Under the pieces are notes generated by a model. That model did not search any database. It had not been told where the DNA came from and saw only the letters and a list, made by a program, of their open reading frames with translations. From the human T2T-CHM13v2.0 reference genome, Homo sapiens, in the NCBI RefSeq assembly GCF_009914755.1, contig NC_060930.1: a DNA stretch of 64,000 nt, one strand, 5' to 3'. Shown piece after piece: positions 13,218-24,178 of this stretch; within the stretch, counting starts at the first letter, position 1, and each line of letters begins with the position of its first letter. Both the position numbers and the translations under genes were made by a program.

Positions 13218-14616
13218 TGTTTAGTTTTCATCCCTCCACTCTTTCCAATACCATCATTTGAAAAATACATGAAGAGCTGGGTTCATAAAATTAATTTGCC
13301 CTGCTCAGTTGCTTTGTTCATATTCTTATTTTTTACAAAACATTTTATCTAGAAATTAAAAGAATCATCTCCTATTGCCACCGTTAATTGTTGGGTTCTT
13401 TTTTTCTTTTTTTTAGCAAGTCTTTTAATCTCTCTGACCCCGTTTCCAAGACTGTAAAATTATGCAACTGTTTTAAATTGTTGTCAATTTATTTTACAAC
13501 CCCAATATGAGTGGACAATGTTAAGTGGCACTTAAAAGTAGATAGTAGGTTGTATGTACTTTATAGGATTTTCAATTTCTGAAAATCATACTGTGCCTGT
13601 TAAGACATTCCTAATGTAACCTTCAGCAAAAGGCTGGATTCATTTTATATTAAGTTAAAATTTTTCCTGTAATATGCTCATACACTTTTTCCATTAAAAG
13701 TAAATGCTAAATAATTTGTAAAATGTTTAGCATATTGCAAACCCAGCCAGGAATAAGCTTCATTAAAATAGAACTGTGTAGCTGAAACTGAATATTGCTT
13801 AACACTCCTACTATCAAAATATTGACTTAAAAAGCTAATGTCCATTCAATATAAGGACATTTTATTTAACTCAATTCACCTGGGGTCCTCATTGCTGCGG
13901 CATTTTTCTCCCCTCTAAGAAGATGTCAGGAGAGTTTCAAAGCTACTCTAAAGAAAGAGAATCATCATGCTCAGTTATACTGGCCCTATGAATTGAAGAC
14001 TGAGACTGCCACTGATATTGTCTTTTCTGTAGAATAAAAGACCTTTTTTTTTTTTTACCTGAGAAGATAGCCTCATGGTTAAAACAAACAAACAACAAAC
14101 AAATCAAAAAAAGTACAGTACCCAGTTTCTTAGTCAATTTTCTATACCTACATCAGAATACCACAGACTGGGTGATTTATAAATAAAAGATGTTTATTTG
14201 CCTCATGGTTCTGGAGGCTGGGAATTTCAAGAAAATGGCACTGGCCTCTAGTATGGGTGATCCCATGGTGAAATGTGGGAGGCAGAAGCTATTGTGCAAG
14301 AGAGGGCAAACTCTTGGGCCAAACATATCTTTTTATCAGGATATGTTTTACTCCTGTGATAACTAACTCACTTCCACAATAATAGCATTAATCTCTTCAT
14401 GAGGGCAGAACCCTCATGACTGAATCATGTAATTTTTTTACATTATTTTTAAGAGATGAGTCTCACCTTGTCACCCAGGCTGGAGTACAGTGGTGTCATC
14501 ATAGCTCATTGCTGCCTCAAATTTCTGATCTCAAAGGATCCTCCTGCCTCAGCCTCTCAAGTACCTGGGACTACAGGCATGGATCACCACACCAAGCTAA
14601 TTTTTTTTTTTTACAT

Positions 14617-14692
14617 TGTATTAGTCAGGGTTCTCTAGAGGGACAGAACTAATTAAAATATATATAGAGAGAGAATAATATATATAATAATG

Positions 14693-14729
<37 letters not shown>

Positions 14730-15110
14730 TTTATTAAGTATTAACTCACACTATCATAAGGTCCCACAATAGGTCATCTGCAGGCTGAGGAGCAAGGACA
14801 GCCACTTTGAGTTCCAAAATTGAAGAACTTGGAGTCTGATGTTTGAGGGCAGGAAGCATGCGGAATGGGAGAAAGATGTAGGCTGGGAAGCTAGTCCAGT
14901 CTCTCTTTTCTCATTTTTCTGCCTGCTTATATTCTAGCTGCGCTGGCAACTGATTAGATTGTGCCCACCCAGATTAAGAGTGGGCCTCCCTTTCCCCGCC
15001 CACTGACTCAAATGTTAATCTCCTTTGGCAATGCCCTCACAGACACATCCAGGATCAATACTTTGTATTCTTCAATTCAGTCAAATTGACACTCAGTATT
15101 AACCATCACA
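14617..15110 (-). mobile_element. HERV-L 3' LTR (MLT2A-like), contains (TA)n
   Basis: tgtattagtcagggttctctagagggacagaac...cagtattaaccatcaca, adjacent to the polypurine tract. Confidence 0.93.
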
Positions 15111-15499
15111 AGTCCACCCTTTGTCAACTTGAACCCATACACACCTCCTGAGATTATACATAACCTTCAGATAAAGAGAATAATAAGGTCATAATTATGT
15201 CTAACATAATACAACTATCCTTCGTACAACCAGAAACGCACCAATCCCCAACTCAAATATTATTACCTAACATTAACAATACTTAAATGATGATGTGAAG
15301 TCAATAAATCTTATGTCACATGATAAAAAAGAAAAGAAATTAAATGAAGAAGGAAACAAAAGAAGGAGAAAATACTCATGAGAGTTACAGTCCTCGTTTC
15401 TGCAGCTGGTCATGTGGTCATAGCTGGTATTGATGACTACCTTCTACTACCCATTCTGTATTCCCTTTGCCTTTAGCAACCACCTCAGCAGGTTGTGAT

Positions 15500-15900
15500 T
15501 ATTTTTCCTGGTGGAGTGACCCAAACTTTCTTTCTTGAAGGGTCTGGGTCATTTGTAGTCCTGGATTGGGCTTTTGTAGTTTTCTATTGACCTTAATCAC
15601 AGGGCATGTTAATACCAAGAGACACCCTAAAGGATCTCCTGTATTCCATGCATACTCTTCCTGACCTCCACTGTGGAGTAGTAGACTGATTTCATCTTGA
15701 TAGTCTAGGTCATTCACGCCAGCCAACACTGTTACTCCCTTCTAAGCCTGTTGACTTAAAGGTAGGAGGAGCCCAAAGTCTTAACTTCCAGTCTAATGGA
15801 ATTGTTGTGTCTCCTGGGGGCAATGTTCCTCCCTCTGGAACTAAGACCTCTAGGCCAGCAGAATGTAATGTCGCAGGAATGGGAAGCAAAAAAATTTGCT
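15500..15900 (-). pseudogene. HERV-L dUTPase remnant
   Basis: LAGVNDLDYQDEISLLLH resembles dUTPase motif 3 (GVIDxDYxGEI); located after integrase as in ERV-L; frameshifted. Confidence 0.8.
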
Positions 15901-17840
15901 AGTGGATCACTAGGGGAGATGGTGAGTGGTGCCACTTCCACTTCCATCCCTTGATTCTGGACCCCACTCAAAACTGGCAGCCTTTTGGGTCAGTTGATAA
16001 ATGTGCCAGAGTAACAAACCCAAATGAGGAATGTGTTTCCTCCAAAATCCAAATAGCCCCCCTAGGCATTGTGCCTTTTTCTTGGTTATAGGAGGGGCCA
16101 AATGCAGCAACTTATCCTTCACCTTAGAAGGAATATCTCAACAGACTCCACACCACTGGATCCCTAGAAATTTTACTGAGGTAGAAGGTGCCTGAATTTT
16201 AGTGAATCCTGTCTATAAGAGAAACAGTACCATATATTGGATGCTGATTCAGAGCATACATGGCCTTCTGGAGAACTTTTCCCCAGCCCTGCAAAGTATT
16301 GTCACATAGTTAGCATTGTAATTGTGGACTTCGAAAGGCCATTCCCCTTTTCTATCTATCCAGCTGCTTCAAGATGATGGGGAACATGGTAAGATCAGTG
16401 AATTCCATGAGCGTGAGCCTGTTGCCTCACTTTTTTAGCCATGAAGTGAGTTCCTTGGTCAGAGGCAATGTTGTGTGGTATACCATGACAGTGGATAAGG
16501 CATTCTGTGAGTCCACAGATGGTAGTCTTGGCAGAAGCACTGCATGGAGAATAGGCAAACCCAGTGGGGACAAATCTCTGCCCTTTCCATGATGAAAGAG
16601 GTCCAATATAATCAACCTGCCACCAGGTAGTTGGCTGATCACCCAAGGAATGATGCCATATCGAGGGCTCGGCGTTGGTCTCTGCCACTGGCAAATTGGG
16701 CACTCAGCAGTGGTCATAGCCAGGTCAGCCTTGGTAAGTGTTGACCATGTTGCTGAGCCCATGCGTAACCTCCATTCCTGCCACCATGGCCACATTGTTC
16801 ATGGGCCCATTGGGCAATAACAGGGGTGGCTGGGGAAAGAGGCTGAGTGATGTCCAGAGAACGGGTCATTTTATCCACTTGATTATCAAAATCCTCCTCT
16901 GCTGAGGTCACCCGGTGGTGAGCATTCATATAAGATATTAATATCTTCACAGTTTTTGACCACTCAGGGAAGTCCACCAACATACCTCTTCCCCAAATTT
17001 CTTTGTCACCAGTGTTCCAATCATGCTTCTTCCAAGTCCCTGACCATTCAGCCAAACCATTGGCTACAGCCTATGAATCAGTATATAATTACACATCTGG
17101 CCATTTCCCCTTCCATGCAAAGTATATAACCAGGTGCACTGCTCGAAGTTCTGCCCACTGGGAAGATTTCCCGTCACTGCTATCCTTCAGGGATGTCCTA
17201 GAAAGGGGCTGTCATGCTGCAGCTGTCCACTTTAGGGTGGTGCCTGCATATCGTGCAGAACCATCTGTGAAGCAAGCCCTAGTCTTTTCTTCCTCTGTCA
17301 ACTGATCATAGGGAACTCCCCATGAGGCCATCAGTGCAGGCGAGGGGAGAGAAGGCAGGGTGGCAGGAGTGGAGACCATGGCCATTTGAGAAACTTCTTC
17401 ATGTAACTTACTTGTGCCTTCAGGACCTGCTCAAGCCCAATCACATATATACCACTTCCATTTGATGATGGAATGGTGCTATACATAACCCATTTTATGG
17501 CTTGATGGGTTAGAAAGCACCCAGTTCATGATAAGCAGTTCAGTTCACAGGGTAACATGATGACCCATGGTCAAACATTCAGTTTCCACCAAAGCGCAGT
17601 AACAGGCCAAGAGTTGTCTCTCAAAAGGAGATTAGTTATCTGCAGAAGATGGCAGGGCCTTGCTCCAAAATCCTAGAGGCCTCCACTGTGATTTACCTAT
17701 GAGGTCCTGCCAAAGGCTCCAAACAGCATCCCTATCTGCCACTGACATCTCAAGCACCATTGGATCTGCTGGCTCGTATGGACCAAGTGGCAGAGGAGTT
17801 TGCATAGCAGCCTGGACCTGTTGCAGAACCTTCTCCTATT
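15900..17840 (-). pseudogene. HERV-L pol remnant: connection/RNase H and integrase
   Basis: Fragments WAHEQCGHGGR, ECPICQ (HHCC zinc finger), WQVDYIGPL, GIPHNIASDQGTHF (integrase core) spread over several frames with stops. Confidence 0.88.
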
Positions 17841-18414
17841 CTGGACCTCATTCAAAACTGGCGGCCTTTCAGGTCACTTGCTAAATGTGCCAGAGTAACA
17901 CACCCAAACGAGGAATATGTTGCCTCCAAAATCCAAATAGGCCCACTAGGCATTGTGCCTCTTTCTTAGTTGTGGGAGGGGCCAAATGCAGCAACTTATC
18001 CTTCACCTTAGAAGGAATATCTCAACAGACCCCACACCAATAGGCCCCTAGAAATTTTACTGAGGTAGAAGGTCCCTGAATTTTAGTCATATTTATTTCC
18101 CATCCTCTGGCACCCAAATGTCTCACCAGTAAGTCCAGTGTGTTTGCTACTTCTTGCTCACTGGATCCAATCAACATAATGTCATCAATGTAATGGACCA
18201 GTGTGATATCTTGTGGAAGCAAAAAGCAATTGCAGTCTCTCTGAATAAGATTATGACACAAAGCTGGAGAGTTGATACACCCCTGAGGTAGGACAGTAAA
18301 GGAGTATTGCTGGCCTTGCCAGCTGAAGGCAAATTGCTTCTGGTGGGCCTTATGGACATAAATGGAGAAATAGGCATTTGCCAAGTCAATGGCTACATAC
18401 CAGGTACCAGATGT
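17840..18414 (-). pseudogene. HERV-L reverse transcriptase remnant
   Basis: IDLANAYFSI, LPQGCINSP, HYIDDIMLIG, VKFLG motifs in ORF 18022-18429; N-terminus lost at a deletion junction. Confidence 0.92.
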
Positions 18415-18701
18415 TCTTTGGTTCTCCACATATGGTCAAAGCTATTATGTATAGAGTCACTAAACTTCTTGCCTCTCGACACGAGGGATGAATCAGGATA
18501 AATCAAATTCATTTATTTTGCATAACTCTCTAAACAGTTCATGCCAAGGACTATCAGTGTTCTCCATACTATTAGAAGAAGAGTCCTTAGTATTTTGAGG
18601 TCTAATCATATTAAGCAGCCAACTCCAGAAACCCCAAAACCAATGAAAGAACTCCATCCTTAATACTCTGCTCCTCTAGAACCACTCCTGCTACCAAAAT
18701 C

Positions 18702-18794
18702 TGTATTAATCAGGGTTCTCTAGAGGGACAGAACTAATTGAATGTATGTATATAGATACACACACACACTCATATATATCATATATTAATATAT

Positions 18795-18837
<43 letters not shown>

Positions 18838-19222
18838 GGGAGTTTATTAAATATTAACTCATGATCACAAGGTCCCACAATAGGTCATCTGCAGACTGAG
18901 GAGCAAGGAGAGCCAGTTTGAGTTCCAAAACTGAAGAACTTGGAGTCTGATGTTCAAGGGCAGGGAGCATCCAGCATGGGAGAAAGATGTAGGCCTGGAG
19001 GCTAGGCCAGTCTCTCTTTTCACATTTCTCTGCCTACTTCATATTCTAGCTGTCATGGCAACTGATTAGACTGTGCCTATCCAGATTAACGGTGGGTCTG
19101 TCTTTCCCCGCCTACGGACTCAAATGTTAATCTCCTTTGGCAACGCCCTCACAGACACATCCAGGATCACTACTTTGTATTCTTCAATTCAATCAAGTTG
19201 ACACTCGATAATAACCATCACA
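18702..19222 (-). mobile_element. HERV-L 5' LTR (MLT2A-like), contains (TA)n
   Basis: Homologous to 14617-15110 (roughly 10% diverged by eye); adjacent to PBS TGGTAGCAGGAGTGGT on the - strand. Confidence 0.93.
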
Positions 19223-19497
19223 TACATTTTAATTTTTTGTAGAGATGGGGTCCTACTGGGTGGTCTAAAACTCCTAGGCTCAAGTGATCTCCTGCCTTGC
19301 TTTCCCAAAGTGTTGGGAATGCAGACATAAGCCATCACACCCAGCCAATGACTTAATCATTTCTTAAAGGTCCCATCTCTCAACACTGTTAAAATGGCAA
19401 ATAAATTTCAACATGCGTTTTGGAGGGGACGTTCAAACCATAGCACCCAGCCTCCCTGCCATTTTAATCTGCCTAGTCAATGAAATATAAGCAGAAC

Positions 19498-19842
<345 letters not shown>

Positions 19843-22800
19843 TTAAGAAAAGGGAGAAAGTTCTCTTTGTTTTATTTTTCACTGTTTGCTGGAAGGAAGG
19901 TCGGCAACCTATAGCTGGGTCAGTCATCTTGGGGCCTGAATTGGAGGTCATGCGTGATAGAGCCAATAAAAGAAAGGGAATCTATACCCCTGATGCAGTG
20001 GAATATCATACAAGCTGTGGGCCATCTTTCTTCAGATTGTAGATGAAAGACAATAAGATTTGGGCTTTTCTGCCAAACTTAATCCTATATATCTTTAATG
20101 TGTTTGTTTGCGTGTGTGTGCATCTAGTGCCAAGTAACATCTAAAAAAGTTCCTGTATTATAATATTTAATGTGTTACAAGAACACTATCAGGTAGAAAA
20201 ATATCATAAAAAATGTAACAACTGAGCTTAAAGAGGCCAACTCTAACAAGTAGAAGCCCTGGACCTTCCCTGTCACTATGTCCTTATCTTCCTCTCATTT
20301 ATATTATATAAGATATTTATTAGTTTATATTATCATCTTCTTCTCACTCAAATGTATGGCCAGAGACTTTTACAGCTATATTCCCAGGACCTAAAACTTG
20401 ACTTGGAATATTATTTGTTGAACACAAGAATAGACGACTCCATACCCATCTCCAAACCACAAAATTATACTGCTATCCACTGTTTCATCTTTCATAACCA
20501 ATTCTATATGGATTACAACTGTGTGCATTACAATCAATTCTGTATGGATTACAACCACATGTATTTTACATAGTCTAGCATTTTTGATTATAAAATAAAT
20601 GCTTAGATATTACATAATTCAGAGAAATGTACAGAGAGATAAGCTCAAGTTTATACTTTGTTATTTGATTTAGCAGACTGACTTTTATTCTCAAATTTAT
20701 AAGAAGTTTAATATTTTCTGAATTCCATAAATTCTGATGCAAGAACATAATTAATTTTCAGTATTAGCATAATGAATTTGTAGGAAATCAAATAAGGTTA
20801 CTGTAACCTCACTTTGAACAGTACAGCATTCGAAAAAACATCAAAACTCATTTTTGTTGCTTATTTGCCTGTGAAACGTGTTTTATGATGGCCTTTTCTA
20901 ATATTGCCCTCTAATTAGCTTTCCTGAATTTGTGAATACATAAATCACACAGAACTACATTTTAAAAAATTAAAATGGATACACAAGTTCAATTAGCCTG
21001 AAATAGGAGAAACATAAGACTGTTTAAGAGTATTTCAGACCGCACTATCGAGTTCCCATTTTATGTGGAGCACTGAATGTTTTTAAAGATGACCCAATAA
21101 AAGAGCTAAATTACACAATTTTCAAAAAGATTTTAAGGTTAAAGATGATTATTCATTATATTTTTTCCATAAAAGTGTTATTTTAAAAGAAAAAAAAATA
21201 AAGGATCCCCAGTAGAAACTGAAACATGACCTTTTCTTTTATTCCTCCAGACATTCATCAAATTGCACTGCTTGATTGTCCTGTTCCTTCCTTGATTTGG
21301 TAGGCAGAATATTTGAAATATTTAATTGGCCAGTTATTCCTATCTAAAATCCCATTGCAGACAATGAAACTACTGGTTTGGTAAGAAAACTTAATGCGTT
21401 AGAAAAGAGGAATGGGTAGTGTTTGATTAAGGGTCTTTGCATGTAACCTTTATCAGCAAGTCAGAACCAGCTTTTTATCTTGTTTATTGTAGAACTTTCT
21501 CGATCTGTGGGCCTGTGATACCTCTTTTCAGCAGTAGAAAGGTGATAGGAGGTAGCAGACATTATTTTAGTTTAAAGTGGATAAAGAGGAGTGATAGGAA
21601 AAAATATTATCTTTTGCAAGGAAGCTGATGCATAGCTTGACAAGTGTTCCTGTAATATGATCCCATAATGTTTCAGTTTAGCCCACAAATCTAATGAGAT
21701 ACATTAGTGCGGCTATAGATGAAGTATTCATTTTATAAAGACATCACTTTATTTTGTGAAGACTGTGAATACTTAGCACAAAATTAAAGTGCATGCACAT
21801 GAACAAATTCAAGTACTTGTTCATATCTCACTCTCCCCACTTGGCTTCAGAAATCTTTCAAATGAATGTAATTTTCTTCCCTATAAATTCTAGAAATGAG
21901 AACATTCAACAAATAGGAGAATTAGTTTGCACTTCACTCTCACATTATATTTACCTTAAGGGTAACCTACCTATTTCCCTGGTTCCAAAGATGCTTTGTT
22001 CCAAAAATCACAAATGTAAAGAGAAAACTGGTATGTGCATTGCTTCAGTAAACCATGACTGGCAATCATTAAATAACTTTTGCATGATTCAGGATTATAC
22101 CTGTATTTTAATTTTAGAAATTAATATTTGCTATACATTGGCTTTTGGGTAAGGAAATTCTCATGGAGAACATTCTCTTGCTATATAGCATAGTCCCATG
22201 GGTTTCCTGACATTTTGAAAACTATTTTTCCATATTTATCACAGGCTTTATTTAGACTCCATCTCTAGCAAAAGTACAGACAGTACAACATGCGTTTTAC
22301 TTGATACACTCCTGGCTCCTTCCTCCTACTTCTATTTTTTCATATCTATTTTTGTTTAATATTATTTTTATCTTTTATTGTACATGTTCAAATGCCACCT
22401 TAAATCTTTCTGTAACTGGAAGGGTAAAGCTAGATTAGATAGATGGATCAATAAATAGATTGATAGAGAGAATGTGATACAGCATTTACTATTTTACTAT
22501 ATTCCAAGTTTGTACCTCCTTTGCTCAACGAACCCTCATTTACCACCCAATATGTTCAAAGTTATATATTGTGATTCCAAATAGAATAATATGGTCTCTG
22601 ATGTTAAGGACCTAAAAATTGAGTAGGGGAGAAAGTGACCTCAATAACTAACCACTATACAATATGCTATTTATAAATGACATATAAAAATAGCTATCAG
22701 AACACAAGCAGCCCTGGGCATCCCTGGGTGTAAAATATTAAGGAAAGTTTTACAGAGAAGAGGGTATTTGACCTGAACTGGAGAAGAATATCCCATGCAG

Positions 22801-23392
22801 GGGTAGAGGAGAGGAACAAACAGCATTAGCAAAGGCACACAATGATGGACAGGAATATGCAGGAGGAATTTGAAAACTCGTTAGTTCCCTTTTTGTTACA
22901 ATTGTCAGTTGGAAGTGGTGTCAGCTGGGTGTGGTGCTACCCTGAGGCATCAGCTTAGTAATACATGACTATATGAGGTACCTGATATGGCTTTTCAGCA
23001 GCCCTTGAGTATTGTAGTCAGTGCTGCTTGACCCACTGTAGAGTTAAAGCATCCTCCGTCTCTGCTGATTCAGGTCTATTTTATTTTCCTAGCAGGCAAA
23101 ACAGACTGCAAAACATTTGGGGGACAGGTACTATATTAAAGAGCTATGTTTTATTAACAGAAGAAATTTCTGGCAAAGATCAACCAAGAAAGTGACTAAA
23201 ACAACAACCAGACTGGTGATTTTAGCTGTAAAGACTAGATCCCCCAAATCTACTTAGGTTTAAAATTACGGTGAGCAGAGTCTTGTTGGACTGTGGATAT
23301 GTGACTTTGAAGCATGCTGGGTATCAGGAGGGAATAAGAAGTTTTCTAGCCCTAAAAGAAATCCCCCACAATTGCCCATGTCTCAGTTTCTG

Positions 23393-23472
23393 TCAGGTTG
23401 GTGCAAACGTAATTGTGGTTTTTACCATTAAAAGTAATGGCAAAAACCACAATTACATTTGCACCAACCTAA
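23393..23472. mobile_element. MADE1 (Hsmar1-derived MITE), full-length 80 bp
   Basis: Near-perfect palindrome aggttggtgcaaacgtaattgtggtttttaccatta-aaag-taatggcaaaaaccacaattacatttgcaccaacct. Confidence 0.93.
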
Positions 23473-23539
23473 TTTTAAAAAGCTCAAATTCTTAAAAGAA
23501 AATACATCTTCCTAAAATATACTTTTTAAGTTACAAATT

Positions 23540-24035
23540 GAAAAAGTAGGGAAACCTGGGATCAGAGCTAACATCATCTAGTGAGGAACAAGACCTACGC
23601 ATAGCATATACTTCCTGATACGATATTCCAAGAAAGGCAAAACATCACTCTCCATCTACTCTTGGGAAAACACATGCCGACCTAAATTGAGGGACATTCC
23701 ACAAAATAAGTGGTAAATACTCTTCAAAATTGTAAAAGTCATGAAAGACAAAGACTGAGAACTGTCCCAGATTGGACATTGAGGAGATAACATGGCAATG
23801 CAGTACAGAACCCTGCAGTAGATGCAGTGTCACAAAAAGGACATTAGAGATACGATTGGATTTTGAAGGTTTAAAGATTAGTTAATAGTATGTGCTAATT
23901 TTAACTTTATAACATTAATTATACTGAGGTTATGCCAAATTAGCATAGAAGAAGAGCTGAGTGAAGGGGATATCTGTGTACTATTTTTACATTTTATGTC
24001 TAAAATTTTTTCAAAATAAAATGTTAAAAAGAAAA
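23540..24035 (+). mobile_element. Old L1M (L1MC/ME-like) 3' end
   Basis: aaagactgagaactgtcccagatt...aaaaggacattag...tctgtgtactattttt...tcaaaataaaatgttaaaaa. Confidence 0.65.
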
Positions 24036-24112
24036 TATATGTTCTAGTTCCCATTTTCTTTTTTTCTTAGTTGTAGCTTTAAAAAAGAAAGAAAAGATGA
24101 CAAAATGAACAG

Positions 24113-24116
<4 letters not shown>

Positions 24117-24151
<35 letters not shown>

Positions 24152-24178
24152 GATGTAGATAGATATATCTCTATAGAT
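24117..24178. repeat. (GT)n microsatellite followed by GATA-like repeats
   Basis: About 15 GT units then tagatagatgtagatagata. Confidence 0.9.

Larger units (their letters stand above)
14617..19222 (-). mobile_element. HERV-L provirus, internally deleted and rearranged, MLT2A-type LTRs
   Basis: Two LTRs, perfect TSD TACAT (14612-14616 and 19223-19227), tRNA-Leu PBS ~18681-18696, PPT ~15111-15122, pol and dUTPase remnants, no env. Confidence 0.95.
14431..19346 (-). mobile_element. AluJ-like SINE split in its central linker (right arm 14431-14611, left arm 19228-19346)
   Basis: Both monomers recognisable; ~15-bp TSD atgactgaatcatgt (14416-14430) and atgacttaatcattt (19348-19362). Confidence 0.9.
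14126..19445 (-). mobile_element. MST-family (MaLR) LTR split into 14126-14430 and 19348-19445 by nested insertions
   Basis: cttagtc...agaataccacagactggg start, sequence resumes at atgacttaatcat...ttggaggggacgttcaaaccatagca; perfect 5-bp TSD CCCAG at 14121-14125 and 19446-19450. Confidence 0.9.

Noticed and set aside
18022-18429. RT ORF as a domesticated gene
   Set aside because: Truncated domain produced by a deletion junction, with surrounding pol full of stops and frameshifts
20499-20571. Imperfect 36-bp tandem duplication
   Set aside because: Two units only; ordinary slippage, no repeat-spacer array
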